From Phoronis australis (lineage: Eukaryota > Animalia > Phoronida), in assembly GCA_002633005.1 (NCBI GenBank), contig NMRA01000098.1, positions 858,128 to 922,127 of the forward strand: a stretch of 64,000 nucleotides of DNA, written 5' to 3'. Of the stretch, positions 25,252-39,800 are shown one piece after another. Each line of letters starts with the position of its first letter. Within the stretch, counting starts at the first letter, position 1. The position numbers were made by a program, and so were the translations under genes. A model generated the notes under the pieces. It was not told the DNA's origin. It ran no database searches and was given only the letters and a program-made list of their open reading frames with translations.

Positions 25252-26454
25252 CGCCAACCCCAAAAACTCAGACTGGAGCGTTTTCTCAAGTCACTGGTGA
25301 GTTCGGTATTCTTGTTTGTAACGGAAATAGCATCCTATAACTGTAAGGAGTATTATAAGAGCGATTTTATGCGAGAAAGATCCAGATTCGACTTTCCTTT
25401 CGATGTCTGGAATCCGGTGTGGGAATCACGTGAATGTTGTTTAAACTATGTAACTAAGCTATAAGATGATGGTTGTACACCTGCCAAATTATGTGAAAGT
25501 TGCATTAAGTATCAGTCCACGTATCCACCGACCACAGTACAGCCAACAAGCGGCCATTCAGAGCCATGTTAAGTCTAATAAATCACATTAGAGATGAGAG
25601 AAATTGCATGAAGTACGACAGCACAGAGTTTGGTGGGGCAATTCTTTAATGCGGAATGAGTAATTTTTTACATTTTCTACTGCAGATTCTGCTTCAAACG
25701 GAATCTTTTCTGAATAATTTAGATATCACATGATAGTTTGATGACCAATGTAAGCAAAAATGGCATCGACACTAACATATCGGTTACCATGGTAATACTG
25801 GAACTGTTTCCGTGGAAGTACTTTTCATGCTTGTTAAAAACTAGTAGTAAGTTATACCCTTAGAGCGAAGCTGCCCCCACGAGAAAACTGAAAATAATAA
25901 CATGGGCATCTAGAAGACTCCATGTCGTTGAAATTGATACAGAAAACTTTGTCAGCCCTTCAGGCAGGCTTGGTAATAGATATCGGAATTTCACTATTTT
26001 CAGACCGCACATATGTGTATTTGTCGTGTTGATCCAGTCACTAGTTGTGCGCCGTTTGTACGCATTAAAATGCCGTGGTATAACACAGCAATTAAAAGAA
26101 TTGGTGTGCTTAAATATTTTTAATGAATTATAAGGAAACAAGCAGTTCCCTTTAAAATATGAAGTTATACTAGATTTGTTCATCCAACTCACTGAATACC
26201 AAACTAAAGCATACAATATGCGTTAGTTGAATGATGGCTGATCTGAAGTGCAGGTTTGCTGCGAATTTATCTATTTATCTGGTACCGCCAGTCGCATCAA
26301 ATGTGGTATTTTTACAAATTGCCGAGAGAAACAACTTTGAAAACTATTGATAAATGCACAAAGAATATAGCAAGATATTTGAGAACCTTAAAAGAGAGGG
26401 GATGTGAAGGAGGTGGAACTTGTCCTCCTGAGAAGTTATAGTCTGTCTCAGTGT

Positions 26455-26546
26455 CTGCCTCGGAGGTAGCTAGCGAGCTAGCGGTATGAAGACTGTCGTC
26501 AAAATATTTAGTATACAGCTTTGTACCAAAGCTACCTCGGAGGCAG
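26455..26546. repeat. 92-bp mini element with 17-bp inverted ends
   Basis: ctgcctcggaggtagct ... agctacctcggaggcag; interior resembles ~14720-14760. Confidence 0.5.
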
Positions 26547-28354
26547 GTGTGCAGCAGGAGCTAGATTATCTACCATAGTAGATTCAGTTGCCCGAATCAT
26601 CGTTACAACCCTCGACATATACTGGCGTCGCTAAAGACACTGAGTACATCCACTGCACACAAGAGGGGAAATCCGACAGAAGTCTGAAAAATGACGTAAA
26701 GTCAAAGTTCAACGTCCTGCTTCATGCGAGCTCAGGTAGGAATCACCAAGCTCCAGGGTCAGACCCTGAGGAATATTTTGAGGAGCACGTCATTCATGCA
26801 AAAATAATTTTATTGACACACCGTGATTGCTTATAGCTTAGTCCTTATCGATTAATCATATTTGATTTTAAATCTCTTAAAGTATATGCAGTATATGTAT
26901 ACATTGACATAGAAAATAGGTAGTTATCATAACTTTTCATAATAACCACCAAATGTGTTTAAACATTTTACATGACTTCTGCCCATGTCCTACTTTTAGA
27001 AACTAGAGAGTATGTTATGTCCAGCATTGAATTTTTGTGATTGAATATGAACTAATTAAACATGCCAAATCCGTCAAATATATTGTGCATTTCTCAAAAA
27101 ACTTACATTGATATTAGGTTGTGATTTTGCAACTAGTGAAGCTTACAAACATGGCTAGGCTAAAAATGGAACGGAACTCGAAAAATGGAGCTGATATATG
27201 CCTAATGTGCAGTTCACAGTTTTGCTCAATCACACATCGCTGAGGGAGAAGGCAAAGTCACACATCACAATTCACCCTCCCAAAGTATGATTAAAAAAGA
27301 CAGGAATTTTAACATGACCCATACGTCCCTCAAATTATCCCTTTGACTAGAGGCCCTGAAGGGACAATTGATCTGTTAACCACGTAAAGGAGTCCGGTGT
27401 TGTTTCATGCATGCTGAATTTACAGTAGAGTTCAAAATTCCTGTTTACCTCATATGATTGCCAAAAAGCGATGTATTTCTGAATTTTAAGGTACACTAAC
27501 AAAAATAATCAGTGACTGTTGTGAGGGTTCCACAATATTTATCTAAGATCTTGAATCTATAGTTTCCATGTCATACCTGTGCACGAAAGATAGTGTATAC
27601 TATGTATACAATGGATTACAAAAACACAATTACACAAGTCATATTTTTTGTGGAAATCTATTATGTTGAACTTGGTTAACTTCTTGGGCTCATCGTGAAG
27701 GTGGGCTCATGTGAAGTGCAGAATGTTATTGCTCAATTTTTGGGGTCATATCAGCTGCCACCTACTGTTCTGTGTTATAAAAACAGAGATGAGGAATAAA
27801 ATTGTCAAACATGGTTTTACTTTTTAGATGTGTGATTACTTTTGAAAAACCAGGGCAGAATTTGATGTTTACTCTTCATTTAAAAGAGAATAAATCCATA
27901 AACTTCACTGTCTAGAAATTTTACTCAAACTACATATTACAGAGTTGGGGATTGATCTCTTAATACAACGGAACCTAAACCCGGACCATGAGCAATACAA
28001 CACAATACATGGATATAAAAAATTGATGTTTAGGCTCCAAGGAAAGGATTCGTGTGCGCGGTAAGAGTTACTGAGGTGCATGACAAATTTTTGTAGATAC
28101 TTTGGGATTCCACTTCTGTGGTCATCCACGGGTAACGTGTTCACATAGATTAGCATCGTCATTGTTCCCGTTGTTATAGTAAAGATAATTACGAGCATTT
28201 ATGGGCAACGGTCTGATGTACGCCCAAGGTACTAGATCCATGCGACCTGTGTTGTTATATCCAACAATGACACAACAAAGGAAAACAATGATACGACCGA
28301 TGGGCGATATACATGCGACGAGTTGCCATGGACAGTGGTGGAGTTTGCCTTGTC

Positions 28355-28445
28355 ATTTGAATGTGTTTAGAGAACTGCAAACCGGTATTTCGTCAGGAAA
28401 ATTTCTGCGGCCTTTTGTTTTAAGTCGTATGAAAGATTGTGGTCA
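28355..28445 (-). mobile_element. Possible degenerate LINE ORF2 C-terminus
   Basis: Reads QSF...NFPDEIPVCSSLNTFK*, resembling the WNxLP...SLxxFK motif. Confidence 0.25.
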
Positions 28446-29333
28446 TGCCACTAAACTTATCATTCATTTGATATTAGAATGCATTGCATGAACAATTGAT
28501 CAACAGAAAATCTGGCTGGAAAAATACTCATGAGGAAATTGCAAAGCATAACAACTGTAAATTAAAATAACCTACATTTGTCGAGTTCATGTCTAACCCT
28601 GTTGACTGGGGAAGACATAATAGGCTTTTTAAAAATGGAGCAATGTATGGTATCTAGGAGTACTATAGGCCTAGGTTGTAAGTAGTAAAACATTTAAAAC
28701 ATTAAGGAAGAACAAACTCGTTGCAAAAAATCGAAAAACATTAAGGACAATCTGATTTTACGTGCTCACGCAACGGTCTCAGACATTTGAAAATTTCTCA
28801 TTTTAGTACATTTGAGGTTTCAAAACATATAACCAATCAAATGATTGACGAAGTTTTTATTTTATGCAACAAAAGTAACATATTTTGTCAACATTTTGGC
28901 CAAGTTTCATTCTCACAGCAGTGGGGACAGATTTGGTATAGCAGCGCATTGAAGATAACCTCCAAATGGCATAACGGGGGCAGTGCAGTAAAACTACTAA
29001 AGGAGGGTGGTAAATCGGAATCTTTTTTTCAAGACATCTGTGTAACAGTCTACAGTCACCACTTAACAATGCCAAGTGTATAATAATTCAATAGCTTTCA
29101 TTCAAGGAAAAATATAAACAATTAAAAGTGGACAGTTTTTGCAGCGTGAAAACATGGCTGCGAAGCCGTAAAATGTTTTCGAGCAATGGATAGAGTTCCG
29201 TATCAAATATACAGTTAAATAGAGTGCACCAATAACAGTATCATTTCAGGGGTACGTAATTTACAAAAATCCAAGGCAATTTCATCTGCGCCAGCGGCTT
29301 TCCCAAGTCAATAGTTGACTCTTTACATGAAAG

Positions 29334-30280
29334 CAGTGGCGGATCTAGGGGCCCAACATTTTGTCTGTAAGCACTTGCGCAAACCACGATTGTAGATGCG
29401 CATAGCACCGAATGGGGGGAGGTCGGGAGGGGGGCAAACCTCCCGCCCAGGAAATTTTTCTGTTTTTGCCTCTAAAAATCGAGCATTTTCCTTGATTCCT
29501 GAAGAATTATCCAAGAAAAAAAGGCAAAACAAAAACACGGAGAACGTGTCAAACAGGGAAAACTACAAATACCACAGACTCAAACTCACAACCCGGCGGA
29601 TAGAGCGCGCGTGCTTTACCACTACACCACCACGATTTAGCTCCTAATTTGATACTAAGAGACCTACTTTTATGGTCTACAGCGTTTGCGCGCGAAACCT
29701 ATTTCTTTCTGTAATGCTTATTACGTGTTTTACATTTTGTGCAATCGGTTCGTAAAATTTGTTATATTTAAAATACTTCAATTGCCCAAAAGACCAACTC
29801 CGTTTTTCGTGTTGGCAATAATGACGGGATTGCTTTGGAAATCGTCTTAAGCTAAGGTTTGAGAAAGAGAGAATTATGAGTTTCTGAGTGATTCACTGAG
29901 GCTTCGATTAAAATTCACATCTTACCAGCAGCTTCTGTTTTTTCATCGTCACTCAGGTTCCATTTTCTTTAAAAAATGAAGTAGGTCTAATTTTCTTCAT
30001 TGCACAATGTTGCAGACGACGGAAACGGAGTCGTAGTGCACAAGGCCACTGCCGGTCGCCAGGGATATCGCGAGAGAGCCATATTTAGCCATAGTTCCGT
30101 TACGATTGCGCCGATCGTGGTCCGAATTTGACACTAAAACTACACACATTTAAATTTTGTTTCATCAGTATAATTAATAAACTCAACACTTCCCTACGCT
30201 TTTGCTGTTTTACTTTTTTGCGGCAGCCAAGGGGGGNGGGGGGAGGGGGTGGGCCTCCTCCCCCCTTAGATCCGCCTATG
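29334..30280. mobile_element. MITE/non-autonomous element with 5-bp TSD, immediately upstream of HDAC1
   Basis: cagtggcggatctagggg ... ccccttagatccgcctatg; GAAAG on both flanks. Confidence 0.75.
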
Positions 30281-30339
30281 GAAAGTCTCCCCGCTTTTTG
30301 TAACGTCATGTGGCAATTTTCGAGAATTAGTCCGAATTT

Positions 30340-30439
30340 GTGAACAGAATTCTATAACTCGTAAACTGGAAGGTTGTGACGTCAACATCCATTAAGCGAA
30401 AACTCGAAAACAACAACAGATTCGTCACAACATACGCCA
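30340..30439 (+). promoter_or_regulatory. Putative HDAC1 promoter and non-coding first exon
   Basis: CRE TGACGTCA at 30377-30384; GTGAGT donor at 30440; aagcag acceptor at 30746 just before the ATG. Confidence 0.45.
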
Positions 30440-30753
30440 GTGAGTAAACAAAGGCCTGAGGTCATCCGACGCACGTACCGCAGCAAACCTATGGCAAACC
30501 GATAAAGCTCTCATAGGAGTTCGCTCCCCTGTTAATATGAAATGACCATGTCAAACATAGTTTTCACTATCGTCTACTTTGGAAGTAGTTTAAATAACTT
30601 AGCCGTTTATCGTCATTTAAATAATTGTTAATATATAATTTTGAATACGATCCTTAGTTATCATGAGCTTGGGTGTCTTTTTTGTAAATGTTGAATATTA
30701 ATAAAAATCAGTTACCTAGCCTCGTTATCATAATTTATTCAAGCAGCGTAGAA

Positions 30754-30802
30754 ATGGCTACACAAGCGCACAGCAAGAAGAAAATTTGTTACTATTATGA
30801 CG
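30754..30802 (+). CDS. HDAC1: HDAC1 coding exon 1
   Basis: [16 protein letters not shown]; GT donor. Confidence 0.93.
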
Positions 30803-33800
30803 GTAAATGCTTTTTATTTGTAAAATTCTTCGTCCTGTTTCAGTATTGAACTTATCTTTTGCGCTTTAAGTCGTAAAATAAGATTTTTGCAGTTGATGCG
30901 ATTGAGTTTAGAGGCCGATAATTGCTCGGTACGATTGACCTATTTCATTGTCACTTTTCAGAAAGTTTTGAACAGTGTTAAAAGTCTATTTAACTCGTAT
31001 ATAATGCATTTTAACCGTTTTGGTTGTGGTTTAATATTCACGAATGCTATTTAAGGTACTTATTAAGCCGTGTTTAGTTGGTATTGATAAGATTCTTTTT
31101 AAAATATTCAAATTCAGTCCAAACACAAAACATGCTTCGATCGCAGTACAATAGAATATGAAATCTACGGAAGCGTAATTTTCCGATTTCTGTTACGAGT
31201 ACTACAGTTCCATTCCGTAGTTTTTCATCAATTTTAGACTCCAATTTTAGAGTTGTGCTTTCTACTTGGCTGCATACAATAATATAAGCAGAGTTATGTT
31301 GTTCTGTTGGGATTATTCTTGCTCGTTTTTGTTTTAAAACATTTGTTTATGATAAGAAATTAAAATCGAAATGTACGGTAGACATTTTATTAAGCTGTCC
31401 AGTTATTTGTGACATGATTCGAACTTATTGTGCCAAAAGCATTTGTATAAACATATGAGTTTTGTCCATGTTAAAATTGTAGTAACAAATGCCCATTTTC
31501 GAAATCCTAGGTCACTGTTTATTTATCTTTAATTAATACATTTGGTGTTTCCACAAGTTTACAGGCACGCATTAGAATAAGGGACCTTAGATGAGTCCCT
31601 GTTTGGGACTGTTTCATGCAACTGGGCACAGATATCTCAAGTAACAGTAAATCATTGCAGAAAATGAATGGCACATTGTAGATAGTTTTGATGAGATCTG
31701 TCGACACACCAAATTTGTCCACGAACAGTGGAGTTATTGTTTTTGAAAGCAAAAAATGACAAATGACGGCCACAGCGCCATCTTGCATCGGATTTCAACT
31801 AAACAAAAGACCGTAATCGTCTAAACATAAAATGCTGCTTGGTGTGTGAATTTCGTGTGGATCGGATAAGAAATGTGATCTGTAGGGTGTAGCTATACTA
31901 TGACAGGATAAAAAGTGCACCTTGGGTTTGGTTAATAAAAGAACAATCAGTAAGTCAGAGTGAGGAAAGGATGCAGTAACACAGACAGCATTCAAGGCGA
32001 AATCCATCTACATATCAAATCTCTGAAAAACCAGTCTAGGAGTGCCAGAGATGTGGCACAAAACCTCAGTCAAAGAAAAAATTACTTGAGAACTGTAAGT
32101 CTTAAAGGTGATGCATACTTCCAGGATCACTACAGAGACATTGGAGCTATGGCTCTGAAAGCAAGCAAAGTAATAAATACCGTAGTGGCTGCCACAGCAT
32201 CATCTTGTGTCTGACTCCAACCAAAAGCAATAAGTCTCAAACTATTGATGATACATACCGTATATTGATCATTTGAGAAATGTGACCTGTAGCATGCAAA
32301 GAAATAAAAAATTAGAGTAGTATAATTGGAGAAATTTCATTTTACCGTGTAATAGCAACATCATTCAGTGAGAACAAATTTGTTGACCTGGGAAATTCGG
32401 AAGTCGTCACTGCGAGTATCAAAGTCACATATGCGATTGTCTGTGTTCTATGTTTGTCCACTGGCAGGACGAATTGAGTTAGAGAATGAATGAACATTTA
32501 CAGGAGAAATTGGAAAGGCACACTTACGATATGACCGCACGACCTTTTTTATCAACGATTATCGCGCTGGATTGGCAAACTCTGACTTCATTCAGTGACC
32601 TGGGATTTTCAGTTTTGGTAACCACGTATTTTGTTTGGGGACTTGGGATTTTTGCCTGGTCGACAAATGCATCTTATTCTTGGCATTGAGCACTGCATCA
32701 CCATTGAAAATGAAGCAAGCTTACATACATTTGTCAGCGTTCTGTCAATCTAACGTGGCTCATTGTACTTAATGGTATTTTTTTCACTGCCTTTTCAGCA
32801 TAGGGTTTGTTACATCACAATGGTAGCCATCTATGAGTTTTTCTTTGTTTTGCTGCAGGGGACATTGGGAATTACTATTATGGTCAAGGTCACCCGATGA
32901 AACCTCACCGCATACGAATGGCTCACAACCTGTTATTGAATTATGGACTATACCGCAAGATGGAAATTTATGTAAGTGTGTATCATAGTGTATGTATTCA
33001 TGCCTGAAATTCATGGGATTACATCATTGCTGTGAATTTCGAAAATTATAATTTTTCATGAATCGGTTTTACTCAGGATTAATTCCATGTTACCCAACAT
33101 CTTGAAAACATCTCACCTATTGTCATAACTTTAATTAATTCTTTTCACTAGCTCAAAATAAAAAAGCGTTGTTTAAGTACTGTTTACGCTCTGACTTACT
33201 TGTTCACTGCTTTTGATTTATCTTTCGACTGCAGCGCCCCCACAAGGCCACACAAGAAGAGATGACAAAATTCCACAGTGATGACTACATCAAGTTCTTA
33301 CGCAGCATTCGTCCAGACAACATGTCTGAGTACAACAAACAAATGCAGAGATGTATGTGAAAAGTTTCTAACTGGGTATTTGACTTTTTGGAGAAGTTTA
33401 CACGAACCGCTTGGCCCTAAATTAGTCCAAAATTTCTTACATTTTTGCACCATGGGTGAAATGCTGCAACTCTATAGATAGTAGTATTTGTTTGCTTGTA
33501 AGTGGAAATCCTAGGTTTCCCATTTCAAAAGAAGGGAAATCTTTTCTGGTAAACCTAAAATACCATTCCAGTTTTCAATTTTTGAAAAACAAGTTCTGGG
33601 TGTTGCATTAGTCTTTCTGTTGCATTTACGACGCAGCTTGGTTTTACCGATACCTTGGTGCACACTGTCTTTATGATAGTTCTCATCCAGCAGAAACTGG
33701 GAAATGAGTGTGCAACTGCATGGAATTGTGGCCAGAGTCGGTTTCCGGTAATGATTTTAATAAACCGTATTATCAATTTTGATGAAGTAAAAATCAAAGA

Positions 33801-36800
33801 ATATTTGTATTCTGGTATTTACTACTGGAATATGAATTCTGTTTGAAACCTCCAACGCGATGAAGAAATCTGATTCTGTGAATTCTGCCCGTTTTTCAAT
33901 GTTAATGAAACCATTGTTTCTACGTCATTATTTGGCAAAACTACACTATTTTGCACTTTTTTTATTGAGACAGAGGTTGGGTTCCCCACCTGTATGGTGA
34001 GTTGACTGCAAGACATTGCACTGATCCCACAAGTAACAGGCTGGTGTTTTGGGAATGTCATGACCTTACCAGCTGACATTAGGTAGATGACTGATAATTC
34101 GGCAAGACTGGAGCGTTAGACTGTGGAGATAACCAAAATTTCTTGCTGTGCTTCATGAGTGTCTGTTGTTCTGCAATGTTTTGTTAATCCGTGTAAAGTT
34201 CTCATGATTTTTAATTTTATTTGGTTTACTCAGTGTTTATATACCATCAGATGACCATCCAAACTATGTTATGTTTATTGCTTTCTTATGGCCACGTCTG
34301 AGTGAATTTGCTTTTACTGAAAATGTGTGCGCTCATACTGGACTAGGTAGTTGTGTCGTATTGTCAACTAGGCTGAGCAAAACGTCACATAACTTTTAAC
34401 TTGTGGTTTATGGTTTATGGTATAAGTAGAAATGACGAGGCGTTGCGTTTGTGGTGGTTGTGTCAACTTAGTATCTGACCACGCTGTTGCTCCTTTCAAT
34501 TTTCTGTGGGACATTGGAGAAGCGCGGATATAGCTCACGTTAGAACAAAATCTCGCGTGGTCACGCCCTTGGAGCTAAGAAACATGCAATTGAAGTCGCT
34601 TTTCTTCTATTTTCTCTTTTTTGGAATTTTGAATTCACGATTATGATATGCTGTGCTATAAAGAATCTTTAATGATGCTTAAAACGTAAGTCACTTGTCA
34701 AAACAAGGTAAATGGTGGTTTTAATAATTGTGTGGCATACAGGTTGGTAGTGGTTTATGTTTTCTTATTTTTCGTTTCAGTCAACGTGGGAGAAGATTGT
34801 CCCGTCTTTGATGGTCTGTACGAGTTCTGTCAGCTGTCAACAGGGGGCTCTGTTGGTAGGTTTGGCATGTTTGTGCTTGTTCGTAGTTTGTTTGCTTGCT
34901 GGTATTGCAGAAGTGATTGTTTGAAAATTGTTTATACATGAAATCTATTATTAGGAAAGTCTAGCATCTCAAATTGTAATAAACTGGTCACAAGCCACCA
35001 TTTATAAATGCATGTTCATTTTATGCATTTACTATCTGCTGTATTTGTTTTAGCTGGTGCTGTAAAGCTGAACAAGCAGGCGGCGGATATTGCTGTTAAT
35101 TGGTCAGGCGGGCTTCACCACGCTAAGAAGTCAGAGGCATCTGGGTTCTGCTACGTCAATGATATTGTGCTGGCAATCCTTGAGCTTCTCAAGTAGGTGT
35201 TGGGTAGATTTCTAGGGATTTGTTTGCTTAAGTGTAAAGTCTGATAATCATTTCTTGTTCACTGCTTAAATATATTGAACTAGGACCAAAATACAAGCAA
35301 CCAATATTGAAACTGTTAAAAATATATTGTACATAAACACTAAATGAAAAAATTGTTCTCTGATCAAGGTGTCATCATTACTCTTGTTTCGTATTGCCTC
35401 CAACTGGATGTGCTATGTTTAAACGTGTGATATACCCAGTTATCATATGTTGGCACTGTCTAACGGTCTCTAACCTACCTAAATGTATTTTTGTGCTCAG
35501 ATACCACCAGAGGGTGCTGTACATTGACATTGACATTCACCACGGTGATGGTGTTGAGGAGGCTTTCTACACGACGGACCGTGTCATGACTGTGTCTTTC
35601 CATAAGTACGGGGAGTATTTCCCTGGCACAGGAGATCTTAGGGTTAGTAAAGATTTGGTTTCTCTTATTGCATGACTCTGCACTAGTGAGCGTTCTCTGA
35701 AATGTTGCTGGAATGGCAAGGTCAAGGTTATGTACGACCCTGGAAAGATGTTCAAATTTGGCTAACTTGGGAATGTCTAATCCCGGTAATAGCTGATCGG
35801 ATTCATGTGAAACTCTCAGGTAGACAGTATACTTTATCCAGTCTTCTTCAAACCCTATGAGGGATTGCATTTAAAATGTTTCACTTTTGCACTGAGGTGC
35901 TATCAAAAAGGAGTTTTAAGATTTTCGTGGAAAAAACTCAAAAGTTCCGTAGAAGGAAATGAGTAGTGTAACAGTGTTTTTGAGTTTTCATCTTCAACAT
36001 TTATGTCAAACAAAGTTAGGTCATCTTATTTATATCTTTGGTTTAATTTGCCGTTTGTTTTTTGCTAAATTTCCTTAAAAGACATGATCATCAGATACAA
36101 TTAGTGGCACATTCATTTGGAAAAAAGTCAAATTTAATTTTGAAGGATTTCTATTTTCAGAAAATATGTACTTTCACCAAGCTTAAATCTATAATTTATT
36201 TAGATATTTGGCTAAATATTCATGATTCAATCTATTATGGCACGTGATTGGTCATAAAAATGTGTATCTTAGCAACAAATGCTGGGACTACCAATAAGGG
36301 CACGGATTGGTCCCCTCGTGGCTATAAAGCTGACTCTCTCTGTACAGTGTGCTGGTGTTCGAAGTAAATACACAGAACTGATGTTAGCCTTAATCTACAG
36401 ACTGTACACTTCCTCATATAATACTGCTTACATGATACTTGGGATAATCCGTTGTGTACAAAATAACAAAAATCAAACTAATGTCGTTTTATTTGTTCTT
36501 TACTCCCATCTGACATCGCGTTGGAGTCTGGAATGAGCCTAAATTGTACTAGTTATATGGGACTGGTGCACTAACCTTAAGACAGTGCCCTCCATGGTCA
36601 TATTTGACTTGGTGATGTACACACATCAAAGTAATTTTCTTTCTGTTGGATTACTTGTAGGACATTGGTGCAGGTAAAGGCAAGTATTATGCGGTGAACT
36701 TTCCTCTGCGAGACGGGATCGATGATGAGTCGTACGAGTCCATTTTTGTGCCAGTGAGTAAACTTGTATCTTTTGGAGTTGTGATAAATCTGGGTAGTGT

Positions 36801-39800
36801 TCATTAACGCTAGGACCTACACTAGGATCTTGCTAAAATCTAGCCAAAATCATGTGTTCTCATTTAAACTACACAGCAATATTGAAGTATTGCTTTTTAG
36901 CTAGGTCCTAGTTACTGAACTCTACCCTGGCTTCCATTGGAAAAGTCAACTTTTTATTTAGGCCAGTTGATCTCAAGTTGTTCCCTTGTCAAGTTGGAGA
37001 TGACTTCAGGGCTTTGAAAGAATTGACTGTTATTTAGTACTTGAGACAACTTTTCAATTTGGCTCATCACGCTGTGTCATGGTCTTGAGGACCAGCAAAG
37101 TGTTGGTTCTTTGCAGGACCAAGAATCACTTCTCATGTAACTAAGGTGCAAGTTGAGACCTTACATGAAAGGTCTATATCAAAGGTTCTTTTCTTCTACG
37201 GAGTGCAGATCTATAGCTGCTGTAAACTTAATGTATAAGTTATTTTAGTGCAGATATATAGCTGCTTTAAACTTAATATATAAGTTATGTACGATGTCAT
37301 ATTTGAAGCTGTGCATGCCTATTTTGCCAATTATGCAAATCAGAATACAGTTGACATACACGTGTGTACTATTCACAATAATTCACGTAATTGCTGTATG
37401 CTAACAATATAGACTGACTGTTGTGTTTTCAGTGTACTGGCATTTTGTATTCTGAAGACTTGCTACAGTCTATGCCTTCCTTGGGACTATTATGCTTTCA
37501 ACTATAATATGCATTTTCTGTCATTGTAATCACCCTGTTGATGTTTTTGTTAATTGTCAGCCTTCATGGATTTTTTTGTTCCAGAAAAGTTATATTCATG
37601 TATAAGACATTAAATTTGTTGTAAAAAGGGACTTTGATGGCTGATATTTTAGGGTAAATCAAAAATTTGGGACAGAGTTCTCTGTGCATTAACATTATGT
37701 GTGTTCAAAGTGAAAATAACAATTTTCGCAAAACATGGTGGTCACTTGACCACAAACGATTGTTTGATGTTTTAGGGCATGAAGTACAATTTTTCACTGG
37801 TAACGATTTAGAAAATATTTTCTTTTATGGGTTGAAAAGGGACAGCTGAAAAGTTTGTGAAATGTGAAATGACTCTACAAATGATAAAGGGACTGTGCCA
37901 TTTCACCTTGGGTGTGCTTTTGTAGCATTGTGCTTTTTGAACCAACCTGGAGATGGGCATTTTTATTTCGTCCATGCAAAAGAAGGTTTGAAAAGTGGCG
38001 ACATTGGTAAACAGTCTTTTGAACAGTTTATCACTCATATTATTCACTACTGCCTTCTGTAGGTGATGAACAAAGTGATGGAGATGTACCAGCCAAGTGC
38101 CATTGTACTACAGTGTGGTGCAGACTCTCTGTCTGGGGACAGGCTAGGATGCTTTAACCTTACACTCAAAGGTAGGTAGATATGTCTGGGTCTTTAAATG
38201 CTTGTGTTCTCACTGCTGATGGAGGTATTAGAAGTCTCACCACTGGTAGTGAGATACTTTAAAAGCCTCACGAACAAAACTGCATCCTTGCTTGTTTAAA
38301 ATAGGTATTATGAATACATCATGATGTATCTGATGTTCTTGTCTTTAGGTCACGGTAAATGTGTCGAGTTCATGAAGAAGTTTAACATGCCCCTCCTGCT
38401 ACTTGGAGGCGGTGGCTACACCATACGCAACGTCGCTCGCTGCTGGACGTATGAGACGTCCATCGCACTCGGTGTTGATGTGGCTAACGGTACGTGACAC
38501 CCTTCCTGTTGGCGCTTCTTCAAATTTCACGCTTTTTGGTTATTATTAGTTGTTTTCAATCTGATTGTGAATCAGGGCTTGGAATTTTCAGTGGAAACGC
38601 GGATTTCCGCTTTTTTCAAATGTTCTGTCTGTGCATTTTATTATATTTCCGCGAAAAGAAATCGGATTTGATATAAAATTTCCGCTGCAAATTCCTTTCT
38701 TACCGCGGCGTTGCAGACAACGTTCACCTCGAAAAGCGGAAGTTGCTCTTTATGTTTCGGANTCTGATGTTCTTGTCTTTAGGTCACGGTAAATGTGTCG
38801 AGTTCATGAAGAAGTTTAACATGCCCCTCCTGCTACTTGGAGGTGGTGGCTACACCATACGCAACGTCGCTCGCTGCTGGACGTATGAGACGTCCATCGC
38901 ACTCGGTGTTGATGTGGCTAACGGTACGTGACACCCTTCCTGTTGGCGCTTCTTCAAATTTCACGCTTTTTGGTTATTATTAGTTGTTTTCAATCTGATT
39001 GTGAATCAGGGCTTGGAATTTTCCGCGGAAACGCGGATTTCCGCTTTTTTCAAATGTTCTGTCCGCGCATTTTATTATATTTCCGCGAAAAGAAATCGGT
39101 TTTGATATAAAATTTCCGCTGCAAATTCCTTTCTTACCGCGGCGTTGCAGACAACGTTCACCTTGAAAAGCGGAAGTTGCTCTTTATGTTTCGGAGGAAC
39201 GTAAAATGTCAACATTGCCGGAGCATCTGGGTAAGCGTGGTGGGATTTTCAATGGCGTCTCGTGTTATTGTAAATCGCGGCGACAAATACTACGGCTCTG
39301 CAGCCAAAAATGTGTGGGTTGGGAGTGGAAGAACGAGCTAAAAGGACGCAGACGCATGCTAGTGATGGTGGTAACGTTTTTTTTTTCTTTTTTAGTCCTC
39401 TCGATTTTTGTCGGGGAAAGGTTCACATCGACCATTTCAAGGCTGGGTAGCGCGCATGATTTGGGCCGTAAAAGTATCCGCGTTTTTTGTCATTGGTCAT
39501 TCCAAGCTCTGGTGAATAGAATGAGTCAATGTTCTTTGTTAGATTACAGCTTATTGTTTTATCATAAGTGACTTATTCTTATTAAAATGATACTTCTGAG
39601 GATCAAAAGTGATTTTTTTGCTGATGTCATTTTCAGTAATAAATTGTTAGATAATTATTTACTAGCTCACTGCTACGACACACGCGGTGTGAGGGATGAT
39701 CTTACAAGTGATAGGTGCTCGTTATTGGTCAGGGAAAATATGAATTTTGACTGCAGAAATGGTTAACAAAAATGACATTATGTAAATCGCTGTGATCTAT

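Noticed and set aside
27905-28491. 97-aa and 96-aa opposing ORFs
   Set aside because: No recognisable homology or splice context; size compatible with chance.
34522-34570. tRNA-like gcggatatagctca
   Set aside because: No T-arm/B-box or acceptor stem follows.
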